Source: Tubiluchus corallicola
Lineage: Eukaryota; Animalia; Priapulida
Direction of reading: 5' to 3'
Assembly: GCA_030141605.1 (NCBI GenBank)
Contig: JAQGDQ010000046.1
Span: 310,001-374,000 of the forward strand
Length of the DNA: 64,000 bases
Part shown: positions 11,700 to 26,519 of the stretch, one piece after another
Position numbering within the stretch: the first letter of the stretch is position 1
Layout of the letters: every line of letters begins with the position of its first letter
Notes under the pieces: generated by a model
The model's input: only the letters and a program-made list of their open reading frames with translations
Told to the model about the DNA's origin: nothing
Database searches by the model: none
Program-made: the position numbers and the translations under genes

Positions 11700-11861
11700 T
11701 TCCGACTTATGTGATGAACTTCTTGGCTTCTTAGTCTTGGAGATGAAGTTACCATTACAACAATAACGATGATGATGATTAAAAAGAAGAAGATGATGCT
11801 GCTGCTGCTGCTGCTGGCGCTGCTGCTGCTGCTGATGATGATGATAAATCAGAATATTTTA

Positions 11862-12091
11862 TAGTAACGTTATTGTAATGAGTATGTTAATTTTTGTAAT
11901 GAATATGATTGTTATATCAAAACTGACAATAAACCATGTTGTCGGGAAGAAACGTTATAACCACTTTTCATTTACAATGTCATTGCACAAATAACAAGAA
12001 AAACACAACTGTTTATATTTGCCCTTGAATTGGCAAGAAAAGTTACCAAACTTTGATGTCTGTAATCTGACATTCAAGGTTGGATTACTCT

Positions 12092-12157
<66 letters not shown>

Positions 12158-12411
12158 GTGATGATGATTATGATGGTAATGATGACAAATTGGAATAATG
12201 TTATTGTAATACGTATATTAATTTTTGTAATGAATATGACTGTTACACCAAACTAGCAATAAACCATGTTGTTATGAAGAAATGATATTATAACCACTTT
12301 TCATCTATAGTGTCATTGCACAAATAACAAGAAAAGCCCAAATATTTATATTTACCCTTGAATAGGCAAGAAAAGTTACCAAACTTAGATGGCTGTAATC
12401 TCATATTCAGG
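11862..12411 (+). repeat. Tandem duplication of about 220 bp in the NUDT6 3' region, each copy with AATAAA and preceded by a (GAT)n tract
   Basis: Copies at about 11862-12078 and 12194-12411; AATAAA at 11928 and 12258. Confidence 0.85.
12092..12170 (+). repeat. (GAT)n microsatellite
   Basis: About 21 perfect units plus a degenerate tail. Confidence 0.97.
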
Positions 12412-13445
12412 GACGAATTGCCCTATCAGGCATGCCCCAGTTGGTCACCCATTCTTGGTCTGTTTAGCAGTGTGTAACTTTTTTAGCTTCAGTGTCCATG
12501 CATTTTGCCATCCCATGTTAAAAGAGTATAAGACTGCTTTTAACTTGAAAGCATTTATATTGATGTCATGTGAGCAAGACATGTTGAACAATATGCAAGA
12601 TATGGTGCTATATAATTATGACAAATTGGCAATTCAGAGCTAAAAAACAAAAGGTTTTCATGTATCCATAAATAATTTTTAAAAATAATTTTCCTACACA
12701 TACATCTATTATATTGTTGCTAGTTCATGCTATGATTATAGTATCATCTTGGATATCACTTATATGTTCTATGTTTTTCTTCAATCCACCCCTGCTGAAA
12801 TTTGTGGGCAGGGTACGAAATTAACCAATGCCAAGTTGGTCGTTCAATGTCAGTAATCAGTATTCGTTCTGTAAGTTCATCTCACTCATCTGCAAAACTG
12901 GCCTTTATTACGAGAGCATCCTACATGTACTAGAGTCTAAAGGTTCTTGAAAAGACCTATGCTGGTCCAGTTCCTCATCATACGGAACGTTCGTTTATCT
13001 TGAAGTGAGTTAGTATGCGAACTGCGAAGATTTTTCTTATCATCTTGTGATTTTATTAACTCTTGGCTTTCGCATGCCAACCACACATTGATTATCTAAA
13101 TTATCTAAATTTTGAAAGTTATGAATATTTCTTCTTGTCTGTAATTCTTACCCATTTTTCTTAATTCATGACTCATTTCTGAACACTTGTTTCTATCAAT
13201 TTATCTTTCTCTGTCTTTTTTTTGTACTCATGCCATTTATTAAATTAACACTACACAAGTTCTCTTACTCCCGTGAATGGACGAGTCTTCATGTGCTGAT
13301 GATGTATAATTTTTGTATTGTTACGTATTATTCTGAAACATGAACACGTGTATTTTATCTGATAATTCTAATCTTGATAGTGAAGAAAAAACTCGCAAGC
13401 ACACAGCGCGATTATTAAAACCTCTGTAAGTATTCACTAGCCACC

Positions 13446-15930
13446 AAGATATAAGACATAAGAACTTTTATTTCACACATAATCAAGATATGCAGATTGT
13501 AGTCAGTTGACGGATAAATATTTAAGTAGTGTGGGGAAAAGGAACGACCATCTTTTATGCCCTTTCTCTATGTAAAGTGAAACAAATAATTTTAATCAGC
13601 ATTGTAGACAGTAATAAAGTTATTTTTTATGAGTACAATATAATGAAAGTTTTTTAATTTTATTTTTCCTCAGTAATTACTTTAATAAAATTTTAGATAA
13701 TATAGTAGCCTAAATTACATACGGACAATAAAATAATTATACTAATTTGTAAAACAGGGAACTTGTGAATTGACTAAAGAAAGTAAAAAAAAACATTCAC
13801 ATATGTTTGATCTCAAGGTATAAAAACACAATTATTACATGAGGAAATATTATCATGAACAATTAGAAAATATATTTTTTGGTGACTTTGAGAGATTAAT
13901 TTTGATTAATACCAGTATATAGATACTAGTAATCATTTCTAGAATTTTTAGGAGCGTTGATTTCGACATTTAAAATGATTAATTAAAAAAGCACAAAAAT
14001 ATATAGACAAGAAAGAAGCTATTTTGTACCATTATGTTGTAGACAATTTGAGCCATCAGATGATTCAAATCGTTTTTGAAAAAAATTTCCTTTGCTGGTA
14101 GACCTTGCGTAGAAAGTGTGGACATTACAGGTATAAGTAAAAAAGGTTTTCAAGAGTTTGGGCAGAAGATTATTTTTGAATTTATACGCAAATTTAAACA
14201 TTACAAGGCTATAAATATCTTCCAGTTTTAATAGCTGTAGTTGGCTGTAGGAAGTAGCGAATGTTATGATTTTAACAATTTTGTTCGGAATGGTGATTAT
14301 AGGCTGCAATATAAACAGTTTGGTTTGTTTCCATGCCAACACGCAGTATTGCAGTTATGGCTATACCAGTGCGTAAGACAGCTTTGAGTATAGAAGTGAT
14401 CACAAAGAGACGAATTTTTGCAAATATTCCAGCAGTTTTGTTGAGTTTCGTTCGAAATGTTATAGTGTCGAAATGCGTTTTCCATTTCATATCACTGCCC
14501 AAAAATAAACTTAAATATTTGACACAATTATTCTGTATTATAGGCTTAACATCCATTTTAATTTTAAAGGCTGCTCAATCTTGTGGTGACAATTTATTGC
14601 TAATTAACATAAACTTCGTTTTACAGTAGTTAACCGATAATTTATTAGCTATCATCCAATTATGAATTTTGTTTAATTTTGTTTTAATTAGGTTTTGTAA
14701 GGATATTAAATTGTTGTCAGAAAGGAAATGTCTAGCATCATCAGCAAATAAGAGGGTATTAAAGTTAGTAGATCTGGGTAAGTCATTTATGTAAATTAGG
14801 AAAAGAAGAGTTCCAAGTGTGGAGCCCCTTGCGGCACACCGCAAGTCATTTCAATAGGATCTGAGAAAGCATCTTTAATTTGGTAATTTGGTTGCATTTA
14901 TGCAAGTATGAGTACAGTCGTTCAAAAGCAGGGCCACGTATACCGTCATAATTAACTTGTGCAACAAAATGTCATGCTGAACAGTATCGAAAGCTTTTGA
15001 GAGATCTAGAAAAATGCTGCAGGTAGTTGATTTCTTGTCAATGCAGTTGAATATGATTTTCTGAAACCAAACTGGAATTTGGTTAGAACATTATGAGATG
15101 TAAAATATTGGTCAGACGTTTATATATTAAATTTTCAAAAAATTTTGAAATAGGAAAAAGAGAGATCGGTCAGTAGATACTTGGATTAGATGGAGAGTCT
15201 GCTTTATAGATTGGTGTTATTTTTCCGTTTTTAAACAGTCAAGGAAAACACCTTCAAGTAAGTGAACTGTTGAAAAGTCGGGTTAATATAGGACAATGAT
15301 GTAAGTGGACAATTTAAAAATTTGAAGGGGATATTATCAAGATGTATTGCTTTTTTTGTTCAGTTTCATAAGAGACCGTACGACTTCATCTTCCAAAACA
15401 GGGGACAGGAATATGGAACTGGTTAAGGGTGTATTTAAATATGATTGGTAACTTTTGGTAGGGGGAGGAATCTTTTTGACCATATTAGTACCAGTAGACG
15501 GAAAGAATTGGTTGGATATGTTGGCAGTAACTTGTGAATCTGTTACAGTTTGGCCATTATGCTCTAGTTTTGATAGAATAACTTATGACTTATTTTTTAT
15601 CTTAATGTACTATTTGTCGTACTCAAAGTCTTTTTTATATTGTTTTTATTTCCGCTTTGATGAAATGCTCGAAAGCACTATTTAATTGACTAAATTGCAT
15701 GTCAAAGATATCTGACAAATTGTTTTGCAGGTCAGCTAAAAAATTTTCAATATTGAAGTTTTCAGTGTCGTGTACTCGTATCTGGGATTGGGTTTTACTT
15801 ACTTGAGAAGAGTTGGATATAGCAAAGACAGGTAAGTGGTCCTCTACTTCATATTCGATAATGCCGACTGTAACAGGGTGTTGCATGTTATTAGTCTAGA
15901 TATGGTCAATGAGTGTTTGTGTGTTTATGG
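13446..15930 (-). mobile_element. Degenerate LINE (CR1/L2 group) ORF2 from the end of the endonuclease through RT to the 3' end
   Basis: IDHI..EDHLPVF (endonuclease C-terminus), IFLDLSKAFDTVQHDILLHKL, GSTLGTLLFLIYINDLP..LLFADD, WMIANKLSVNYCKTKFM. The 3' end has AATAAA followed by short TCTTAT-like repeats near 13446-13472. Confidence 0.9.
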
Positions 15931-15942
15931 TGAGAAGACCGC

Positions 15943-16051
15943 GGGGCAGGTCTCACAAAGCTGTCACTAACTTAACGACATCGTTATTACATTCACGTAA
16001 TTATTTATAGCGACGTCGTTAAGTTAGTGCCGGCTTTGTGAAATCGGGCCC
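15943..16051. mobile_element. Short palindromic MITE (PIF/Harbinger-like GGGCCC ends)
   Basis: About 45-bp arms: GGGGCAGGTCTCACAAAGCTGTCACTAACTTAACGACATCGTTAT versus reverse complement GGGCCCGATTTCACAAAGCCGGCACTAACTTAACGACGTCGCTAT. Confidence 0.75.
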
Positions 16052-19000
16052 AGGTCGTTAAGAGAACTGAATTTGTTTAATTCTTGAAATCATTCATAGA
16101 TGGCAGGACAAAAATTAATGTAAATCGCACGCGCATAGGCGTTTGTTTTTATGAACGTGTTTTTAGTGAAATTTTTGTTAGAAATTCTCACTGCCCGATT
16201 TGTCTAATTAAAAAGATGCTTTAGAAATTTTCTACAATACAAATGTAAGTTATTGATAATATATTTTTAATTAAGTGCCTTGCTAACCGCGTTGTTTCTA
16301 GATATATATACAATCTACATGGTTAAATAAGGCAGTGAGTGACTAAAGGTAGAGATTCGTATCCGGAACTGCAGCAACTAAAAATACGGATCCGTACGGC
16401 GAGGTATATTAACGAGATTATCATCAAAAAATTATTCTGTAATGAAATTTGCACATGTATATCCCGCATTATGAAATTTCTTAATAATATTGCATTTATT
16501 CATATTTATATTTATATTTACTCAAATGGAAAATTATCTGTATTTTAATGCTAATTGTAATGATGCAATGTGGAAAATGAATAAAGCTCTTGAGAAGTAC
16601 GGAGCTTCGTACCGCGAAAGATATTGACGGGAAATGCGGTTCGCCGTCAGAGAGGGGCAATATATCACTTTCTTGTTTATCTACGACCTCAAAATCCACA
16701 ATTGTAAATATCCGCATCAGCTAGATCCGCGAATTGAGAGAAACTGAATATCGTCATAGATATCTATATTACGTAATCCCTCCTCATATTATGGTGATCC
16801 CTGCCTATTTTTGGTATGAAAGAAGCGTTTATCCCCCGTTTGCAGACGAAAAACAACAGGATTAAGTTAAAAAACTTTTCTTATATTATACTGAACTTTT
16901 AATTTTTTTCTGATACGAGTATGTCTATATTGTCAATTGAATACATATGCATCTTTCCATTCTAACAGTTTTATGTCACTAATTAGCATTGTTGGTGCTT
17001 GAACATTTAATAATGTAATAGAAGCCTGTTTTAATTTTTAGTAATTATAAAATGTTTTTTTACTGGAGTTCTGCTGCTTTAGATGTAACTCTAAGGAAAT
17101 TGCAACAACAGTGTCTGCATAGTAACAAAATTATTAGAATTTAGTTATTCAGTTAGAGCATTTTTTACAAAATGCAAAATTTTAAAAGATTATTTTTGAA
17201 GTATCAAAGTGTTTTACTGCATTACTAAATGAGCATACTAACAGTGTACAGTATTTTTCTGACAGGGTCATGGGTCAAAAACTCTTCAAACAAACACTTT
17301 ACGTACAGCATAATTAAACACATAATTACAGCTATAAGTGGTCCTTATGATGGAGCAATAGGCATTTGAGGCTTTTAAGTGGTCGAAAAAGTTCAGTAAG
17401 GAGTTTTGTAACTCTTTTTCACCTTTAAGGATACAAAATTTAGGTTTTAATTCACAAACAGAAATTATTGCTTTTTATTCAGCGAATTAACTAGTTTTCA
17501 TGAACTAGCTTTATACATTACACATTATAAGTCACGGCCAATTCAAACCTTTAACCCCGGGGAATCCAAGAGAAAGTGAAGTAACTTGATGTTTTAACTC
17601 AATTTAAAGTGGAGTAATGTGACAATCGAATGTAATGATACTTATTGCAGCCTTCAGTTAAATGTAAATTTGTAAAATGGCCTTTTTATTTTTTAATAGA
17701 AATGATGTATAAAACACTACAAAAATTGAATTGGAATATGGCAGTTATTGATTATAGTACAGCTTTGATAAGCAAAATAATAAAATAACTAATTAATATG
17801 GGACATGGCTCACACAAAGATGCGTTAAAATATTTACAATGACAAACACAATAATAAACCAAGCAAATAATAATGGCACATTATAATATTCATAGCATAA
17901 ATTATTTGGCGACAACTGCATGTAACAGTTCGGCAACTCTTATAAATTGGATCTACTGCATATCACATAAAGACTAAAAAATGTTCGACAAGTCAATAAA
18001 TCACAACTCAAACTAAAGAAAATGACAGTTCGTAGGTTATCACATTCACAACACTATAGAAAAACCAAGAAAACGACTAGGCAGATCAACCGGTTCGATA
18101 ATAGAAGCCTAGAGATTGGCTGATTGGTTTTCCTACCAGCCAATCAGATTGCCTCTCTCATTTGAGCATTTCAATGACCGCTTCCGTGGTAGTTTGCTGT
18201 GTTCTGTGATTACATCGCTTTTTTCCAAGTGAGCAACGTGAAATTTCATCATGTCCGACAGTGACATTAAGCGTCAACCATCTTGTAAGGGTGAATGCCA
18301 TCCGATCTGGTGGAAAAAACTACTCGCAGTATCTTTGCGATCGTGACGCAGACTTCAGCTGGAAATATCTGCTTGATATTTGCGATTCAATTCATTGCTC
18401 AGGCCGCTCATTCGTTAGGTTGACAAACCTCTTCGCGGGCCGCACAAGATCTCCCGCCTCTGACCTCAAACAACCCGCGGACCGCAGTTTCCATGACCCT
18501 GCAGTTTAAAACTCTCGACTTCTTATACACATCGAAAACGTGGGTTCAGAGAATGTTGCCATTTAAGCATAGATGAAAGATGTATATAGGACCTTTCACA
18601 GAGCTAACTAGATTGAGTGCTTTTATATCTACAGTTGCAATTTGATTTTATAGAAGTAGTTAAATTAATTTGATGAGTATTTAACTAAATTAAACCATTA
18701 ATTCATCCTGAGTGTGAGACATATACAAAATTAGACTACAATACAAAGTTAACGATATTAAAGGGTTACAATGATGGTCGGCAGGTATTATGTTCCGGAC
18801 TAACATCGTGGACTTCACAGATGGATTCTACCTTCTTTCACAGGATAGATAATCCGTATTCATGTCTTGCGGGAAAACAGCCGCTTACATACTAGCTAGA
18901 GAAGCTTATAGCTGATGTTAGTAATACCTGATAGGCAATCCCATAATAATTGACAGTTAAAAGGCAGTCAGCAATCACATCACCAACATGAACTATATGG

Positions 19001-19316
19001 GATTTAGAAGGAAACTCTTATTCTGACTTCCATTTACAAGTCCAGAGGACTGTGCCTATTACACTCGTGACATTTCCTCATTTAGCAGCATAAAATCAAG
19101 GTTTGACCTCTCAGATAAAAATATTTAATAAATGCCAATTTAAAACTCAGTATCATTAAGTATAGTCAATAACTAGATAGAAAATGCTCAACTAAGTAAA
19201 TAACTATCGGTAAATAATTAGATGTTACATGTTCAGTAGATATTTTTTGTGACGCATGTGTCTTCTCAACCAATCAGCTGAAGGCATCAATAAAATAATT
19301 AATCCTTGACAAATTA

Positions 19317-19526
19317 ACAAATCTTTCTTACAAAATAACTTGCATAAATTAGTCCTGCTTAATTGTGCATTAGAATAATTCCTATATTATAAGTTATAAC
19401 TGCTCTCTTAAGTCTTAACCTTATACGGGTTCTCGTTTAGTTTTAGTAAATTAAATTGTGCGCTAAAGAATTGACAAATCTTTCTTACAAAATAACTTGC
19501 ATAAATTAGTCCTGCTTAATTGTGCA
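19317..19526 (+). repeat. Exact 53-bp direct repeat with a spacer of about 100 bp
   Basis: ACAAATCTTTCTTACAAAATAACTTGCATAAATTAGTCCTGCTTAATTGTGCA at 19317-19369 and 19474-19526. Confidence 0.9.
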
Positions 19527-22500
19527 GCCTAGGATAAATAGTCAGTACATTCAGGTGAAAAATGTTCCAGAGCTTCCATTTCTAATGCACATCAAGGGAG
19601 GTTGAATCAGGCAAATATTGTGTAAATATGCTTATAAGATAGATATCTTCTTACTTTCTTGGAAGATTACGCCTGTATAAATACCATAAAAATATGTGTC
19701 TAAATATCATTGTAAGCAGTAGTTAACAACATAGGGTTTCAAGTTCCATTTTGAAGTTAAGCTAATACGATTTATTCATATGCTTGGACACCTTGTCAAA
19801 ATGCTTTAAACTAGCAATAATGCCACTTTATGTCGATGTCATAATTGTCATTAACAGTTTTAAAAAGGTGCAAAAATGTAATAATAAATAGTTAACTAGT
19901 GACTGGGCTATTTGGCAGCTGGTATTATGTCTAAGGAAAAGCAGTGCTCAGTGAAAAGTAACAAAAGAAGTAAAAATTGTCAAAATTAGTTAGAATTGAT
20001 CACAATTATATGACAAAGGTTTTTGTGTTTGTTATTTTGCAGAAATTCTGATGTTTTATGCCTTGTATTTTATATAGTATTTTATGTTACAGTAAGCAAC
20101 AATTTGGTTAACTTCTTCAGAGGGGCTAATATTCGACAAAGGCAATTTTATCAAGACAAACCCTTGCAAACAATATTAACAAGATTGGTTTTATATGGTG
20201 TAGTCATCTTGCACATGCTGCACTTTAGTTGTTTAAAGTGAGCTGCGTGCACTAGCCATTAAGCTTGTCGACTTCATAGTGAATGTTAATGTGGCTGCAA
20301 AAAGTTTGTGTGAAAATATTGGTTCTTGGGGGCAAATGCCACATTTTATCAGCTGATGTTAAAAAATCACTTCTCATTCTCCCGCTGGCGCTGACACCGC
20401 TTGAACAGCATCTCACCATTCAGCTGTTTAATAGCTTTCCCTGGCTGGCTTTTAGCAATCACGATTACTAAATCTAGTGGCTGGGTTGTTCAGTAACTGC
20501 AACTTAATTTGCATTATGTTAAGAAATAAGGATATCCAAAGTTATCATGGCGACCCATTCATTTGCAAGAGATAAGTGTATGCAGTGTATAGAAACGGTC
20601 TTGAGCAAAGTGTTGGCATTTGGCAGAATATATTCTAGCAAATTATAATTCTTATATACTGCAAAAATGAATTAAATCTTCTCTCAGTTTGTACGGGAAG
20701 TGTGGCACCTTTAATCGCTACAAAACGCTGATTTCTCTACTTTATTTATGCACATGTTAAAGAAATGATAAAGTTACTATCTTTATTTCGTAACTGAATT
20801 TATGTTTTGAAAATATGGTGCGGCAGTCACTTGGGTAATGTAAGTCCCTGTCCCATTATTCGTTATAGTCTTTGTAGCTGTCAGAACACACTAAAGATAA
20901 GTAGGCAAGTAATGTCAGAAAACTTTTGTTTTAAACAAAACAATGTGTTTTCCAGATAAGTAAAAATCAACGTTAAATTCACAGTTATACTTAAAAAACT
21001 TAATGGAGTAGAATATACACATGTGCATTGTAAAAGGCTTGAAAAAACCATTTTAGCATAATTATATGGAGGATTTCTTAATTGAATGTATAGTAATTAT
21101 TTTTGTATCATGCAAGTTTAAATTTTCATTCGTGCAGAAGTTGCAGGACATCCTGAAAACTAGTTTTATTTTTCCTTTGCAATCAGGAGAAATTTCTTGT
21201 AATTGCACAGGGTCATTACACGGAATGTGCCTGTAATTTAATCCGGGAAATGAAGATGCGGTAACCAATTACCTATAAAATGAAACTATTGCCAGCATTC
21301 TACAGCCACTCTGGTGTGAGGGTTGTTCATTAAAATACTATTTAACAGCATGCAATTAATTCGGTTTTTAGCACCTGCACATACAGTGCATCATTTTATT
21401 TTTAGAAGTTCAATTTATGCCTAAGAAAATAATAGAAAATACTTTTTCCATTTTTAATGTAATGTTGCTAATGTTGTCTTAAGTGAGATGAGGTGGATAT
21501 TGTTACATTGGACCTTGGCTTTATCATTTTGTTTAGTTTCTCAATACTGTAATATATAATTGTGATGGATTTTTTCATTCTTTGATGCCTAACGAAGGGT
21601 GACAACTTGGTGCAAAACAGCTGTTCATATTGTGAAAAAGCTTGTCCTTTCATGCTCACCCATTATCTGTTTAGTCTGAAAGTTTATATGTTCTATTATT
21701 TTAATGTTCAGTTTTTAAGACTTTGAGTATACATTGTGTATGAGAAATGTGAATAGCAATTTGGTCAAATAGGTATAGTTAGAAAGCACTACAAAAGAAC
21801 ATATTTTAACTTTTCTCAATCAAAAATTCAAAATAGAAAAAAGTCCTAGTTAACACTTTTTAATTGGCCATCTCATCATGCTCCGTATTGACATCGTAAG
21901 CTGCTTGCTACTACTTACAAGCTATTTGGAATCTGTTGTAATTCATTAGATCTTTTTTATATTTGTGTAAAAATTTATGACTTTCAGCAATTTATTCTTT
22001 GGTGGGTTCTTATTAATTATTTGTAGACTATTAATCATTGACCTGCTTTCTTTTTGGTTCTATGTTTCTGCCAGTGCATATACATATACAGTGTTTATGG
22101 TGTGAATATGGTAATACGGCCTAAATGAGAACTTCACTGGTGAACTGCGATGTATATCTATCGTTCCACCATGTCGCGAACCGAAAACAGTACTCGGGGT
22201 CGGAGCCCTGGAAGCCTAGACGTTTTTGTATTTTAGACTTATGAGGCCTTTTTTTCAGAAACAATGACCAAGAAATTTAAACCATAAAATAGTACAAATT
22301 TCTTAATTTTAGACTCTAAAAACTCCTAAAACCCTGAAATTTACAAACGTGTAAGCAGTGTACAACAGTTTCTGGAGTTCCTTCCAAGTCCCACTACATT
22401 TCTTCCATTTTTCAGATTTCTGAAGGTTGATGGTTTATGTTAAGTGAATTAAACTTAAACCGGAAGAATATTTACATTGTGAATTAAACGGAAGCCATGT

Positions 22501-25500
22501 AACAGTTTGAACTTAATAAGTTTACTATTTTGCTGAACAAAGATTCCGTTGTTAGCCTAATGCAACGGTTCAATAGCATGCAAGGCGTATTTCCCTTTCT
22601 CCTCGTAAATTTCAATGTGATGGTCGAAACCAGGAGATTTCAGAATTTTTCAAAAATCCGACCGAACTACGGGTGTATGGCTGAATTTCAGGAGACTCCT
22701 TGCCAAATTAGGAGTAGTGGTAACCCTATGTATATTGTTGATCAGATGTGAACAACCAGCATTCTATGTTTTATTGTTTTTCTAAAAGACTAAAATTATT
22801 TGTTGTTTTCGTTTGACTTGCCCAAAAAAGTGATAAGTAGTGTCTGTAACTGCCTGTTGTAAGTTTGTGACGATTATGGAGAATATAGAAGAAACACTTT
22901 CATGATAAATCCGTTTTAATAACGACCTAGCAGCCCGTGTCAATTCAACTGTACAATGTAAATGATACACGGGCAGAAGTGGCATTGTTTAAACATAGTT
23001 TGATGTCCTCATAAAAATTTCATTTCCTCATGTTTGCTATCTTCAGTATGGGAACGTATATAGAGCGAGTCGGATTTGGCGGCTCTATGCTACACAAAAT
23101 TTCCTGGCTTCTCGGGCATAATATCGAGCTGAAAATCAGGAACTAATCGTCTAGCGTTTTCAGCGAGGTTTAATTGAAATGAAAAAGCTTTGGTAATTAA
23201 CTAAGCGCCGAGTATGGCCTGACTGGCTTCATCTGCAATAGTTTACACAACAACCCATCGCTAGCCAACAAAGTAAAAGAGCTAATCGATAGAAGCCAGC
23301 TCGTGGAGATTTACTTCGTCGTTCCCCACTGCAGTATTAACCGCACCGTTATCATTGTCTTGCTGCTGAAACAAAGTACAGGTGATATAGAGTGAGAAAA
23401 TAAGTGACTTAAAGTCGTGGGAGTTGCGTGACGCTGTATTGTGAATTCTGCTACACAGTTTTCATAAAAGCATGTAGGCACAAGCTGAAACTGGTATGCA
23501 TATATTGAGTTATGAATAAGTCTACTGAAAAACTATTGTATTATTTTCTGGTATTGTGCCAAATTCCTTTTTGTTGATCCAAACCAATGCTGAATTTTTA
23601 ATTTGTTTTTGCTATCCAAATTCGAATAATTTTGAAAGCATGCTGATTTGCAAACTTGCATTCAAACTGCCTACTCAAATATTCTTGTTGTATGGGCTAT
23701 ATTAATGTACGCTTGATTAATTTAGAATAGTTAATTTTATAATGATTGTCAATGTACTTGGAGATCACTCCATGTGATGCTCTATAAAAATGATAAATTA
23801 TTATTGATGTATTGGTGTGTGTATTTAAAAACCATCCCTTCGTCCTGATTAAAAAATAGTTAAGCAAATTTTGTACCCTGAGCCAAGTATTGTACATAAT
23901 TCTTGGTGATTTTATATAATTAACATTTTACTGTATGCTGAGTGCAGGTAAGCCAAAATGCTTTATGATAAATCTTATAAAATTAGAATGACGAAACACT
24001 GTGCCATAATAAAAGCAAAATACACCAACAATGTATTGATAAACATTATTATTGCCAAGGTCATCCAAGGCCAGGCTTTACAAGATGCCAGTTCTTCTTA
24101 TTGTTGGCTGTTGATAAATCGTTATACAGACACACATTACAATAACAATAAACATTGCAATTTTCTAGACATTTTTGTAATAGACAGTCAAAGACAAAAA
24201 GCAAACTGACTTTAATGCTAGCAGCAGGTTAACATTGTAGGTCTTTTGTCTGTTTTTGTTTTTGTGTCTTTTTCCAGCTGTTTAGGTTTGTCTCTGGACT
24301 TGCGTATATCTTGATAACCGTCCAGGTTATCTTGAGTGTGTGTTACTTGTATTATTTGGGTGCAGAAGTACATCTAACTTAGACTGCATTTGCTATCCCA
24401 GTGATGTTCTTAACTTCTCCACCTGTCTGACTTTGAGTTTCAGTAGACCTGAAGAAAACCTCTAAATGCATGTCATGCAAAAGGATTTTTTGTAGGATTC
24501 ATAAAAAACTCTGGTCACAGATGAGTGAATCTTCACACAACAACTCAACATCTTCTGCCATAATACATATACTAACATCACATCCACCATACAGCGTATC
24601 ATAGCTCTATGCACCATATCACATTACTATACCATAAATGTCACTCTACACAATACTACAGAAATGTTGCGTTTGTCATTACTATTACATTTGTATGTGT
24701 AATTTCTATAAAAATAACTCCATAAACCAACACAAAACAATAGTAATAGTTAAGGACAACACATAGTTAAGAATGGCATTCTGGGGAAGTTGCCTCAAAA
24801 CACAAGCTTTAAAGTCGATGTTTTATCGCTGTTTAACTGGATCAATATAACAAAATGACACAATGAACAAGTTTCTGAATGTCTGCGTTTTTGTGGGAAA
24901 GCCCAAGTGTTATATGAGGGTTACAAGGTCTATTATCTATTGCGAGATCTTTAATTAGATCTTGCAGTAATAAAAAAATATAATGTTACATGATATCTAG
25001 TCGGCTCCTTAGCCTTGTCAAGGGAAGCCAGATGATACTGCGAAGATGTAGATGTGATCAAAGTGATTTCTTTTCGAAAATTCTGGGTGTAATCTGGTGC
25101 TTATGGTTTTAGATCATGAATATTTTGGCTCATTGAGATTAAATAGTTTTTCTTTTCAGCAGGGCTTTTCAGCAAACCATGCAGGAGTTTAGCAATCAAA
25201 CTTGCATGGGATTGGTTTATAACACCTGAGGAAAGGTAGACATTGGTGGAGTAGTCGGTGACCTTTTAGTGAGTCACTTGCTGTCAAGGGTTCACTTTTC
25301 TCGAAAGTTTGGAATTTCATCTCATTCTAGATTAAGGTTTTAACAGCGGGTAGTTGAAACTGATTGAAACCACTACCCAAGACCTAATGCATGATGTTGA
25401 ATTGGTTCACTTCGTGTGAGTGGGCGGAATTAAGGGGGACAAAATGTAAAATGTGAATTCTAAATTTTGATAACTTGTGAATTGCATCCAGGCCACTAGT

Positions 25501-26519
25501 GCATTTCACATTGTTGACACGTGTGGATGGGCAGGCTATCGGGGGTCACCTTAGTCCAAGTGGTGGACAAATTTTAATGCTGATCTTGAATTAGTTCAAG
25601 ACAAAAAGTTTTAACTGAACATTAAAATTTGCTGAACATGAAACAGAAAGATAGCAAATCATGTATTTGGCAAATTGGAAATAGCCAAATTAGAGCAGAG
25701 TTGAAAGTCATCTAATATGCAGTTAGGTAGTTGAAGTGCACCTCTTGGAAGGAAGCAAGGTTCCTGCAGGACAGTGCGTGAACTCTCTACCCGTCAATGT
25801 TTGATGCAGTGATAGTAAGTCCAGTTTGTCTGGTTTGTGATGTACTGTCATTGCCATATGCACCCAATGTACATTGGTATTGAATTATTTTTCAACAATC
25901 CGACATTGTCTTTCTAATGGCTTCTAATTGATGACGTTTTGGTAATATCCGATTGAGATTGCCCTGCAGTTGTCTATCCTAAAGTATCCGTTGATAACGC
26001 CTTTGTTGTATTGTTACAAGCCTTCTATTCTTTGAGTACGTTTCTTCCTCCTAACGTTTTAATCAGGCAAGATTTTTGTAAAGGGGATTAGTAAAGATTT
26101 AAGCCAGACGAACATTGATGAAGCCGCCATTTTAGTGAAAGCATCTGGATTTTAACTAACAGCACTTTAATTGTTGACGTAGATTAATTGTAACCATTTA
26201 GCGTTGCATGTTTCCGTCTTCGTTTTGCGTGGCGTACTGACAGAAATGTTCTCTAGTACGCGGGAAAGCGTTGCAATCTTGCTGTGGAAAAGTTAATAGG
26301 GCTGGAACACTAAGATCATGCTCAGAAGGTTGAGGTCTGTACGTAGGTGTTATTAATTGCCAGTGGGATACTGTGATATCTAAATACCTAAGGAGGCTCA
26401 AAAACTTTCCAAAAAAAAACCAAGCAGATGTCTAGACATCATAAACTTCGAGAACAACTAGGCTTGCAACTAAGAGTAGCAGAACGTAAAATTGATGATG
26501 ATAATTCTTAGTTGCAGTT

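Noticed and set aside
11700-13440. Antisense FGF gene overlapping the NUDT6 3' end, as with vertebrate FGF2
   Set aside because: No FGF-like peptide was found on the - strand.
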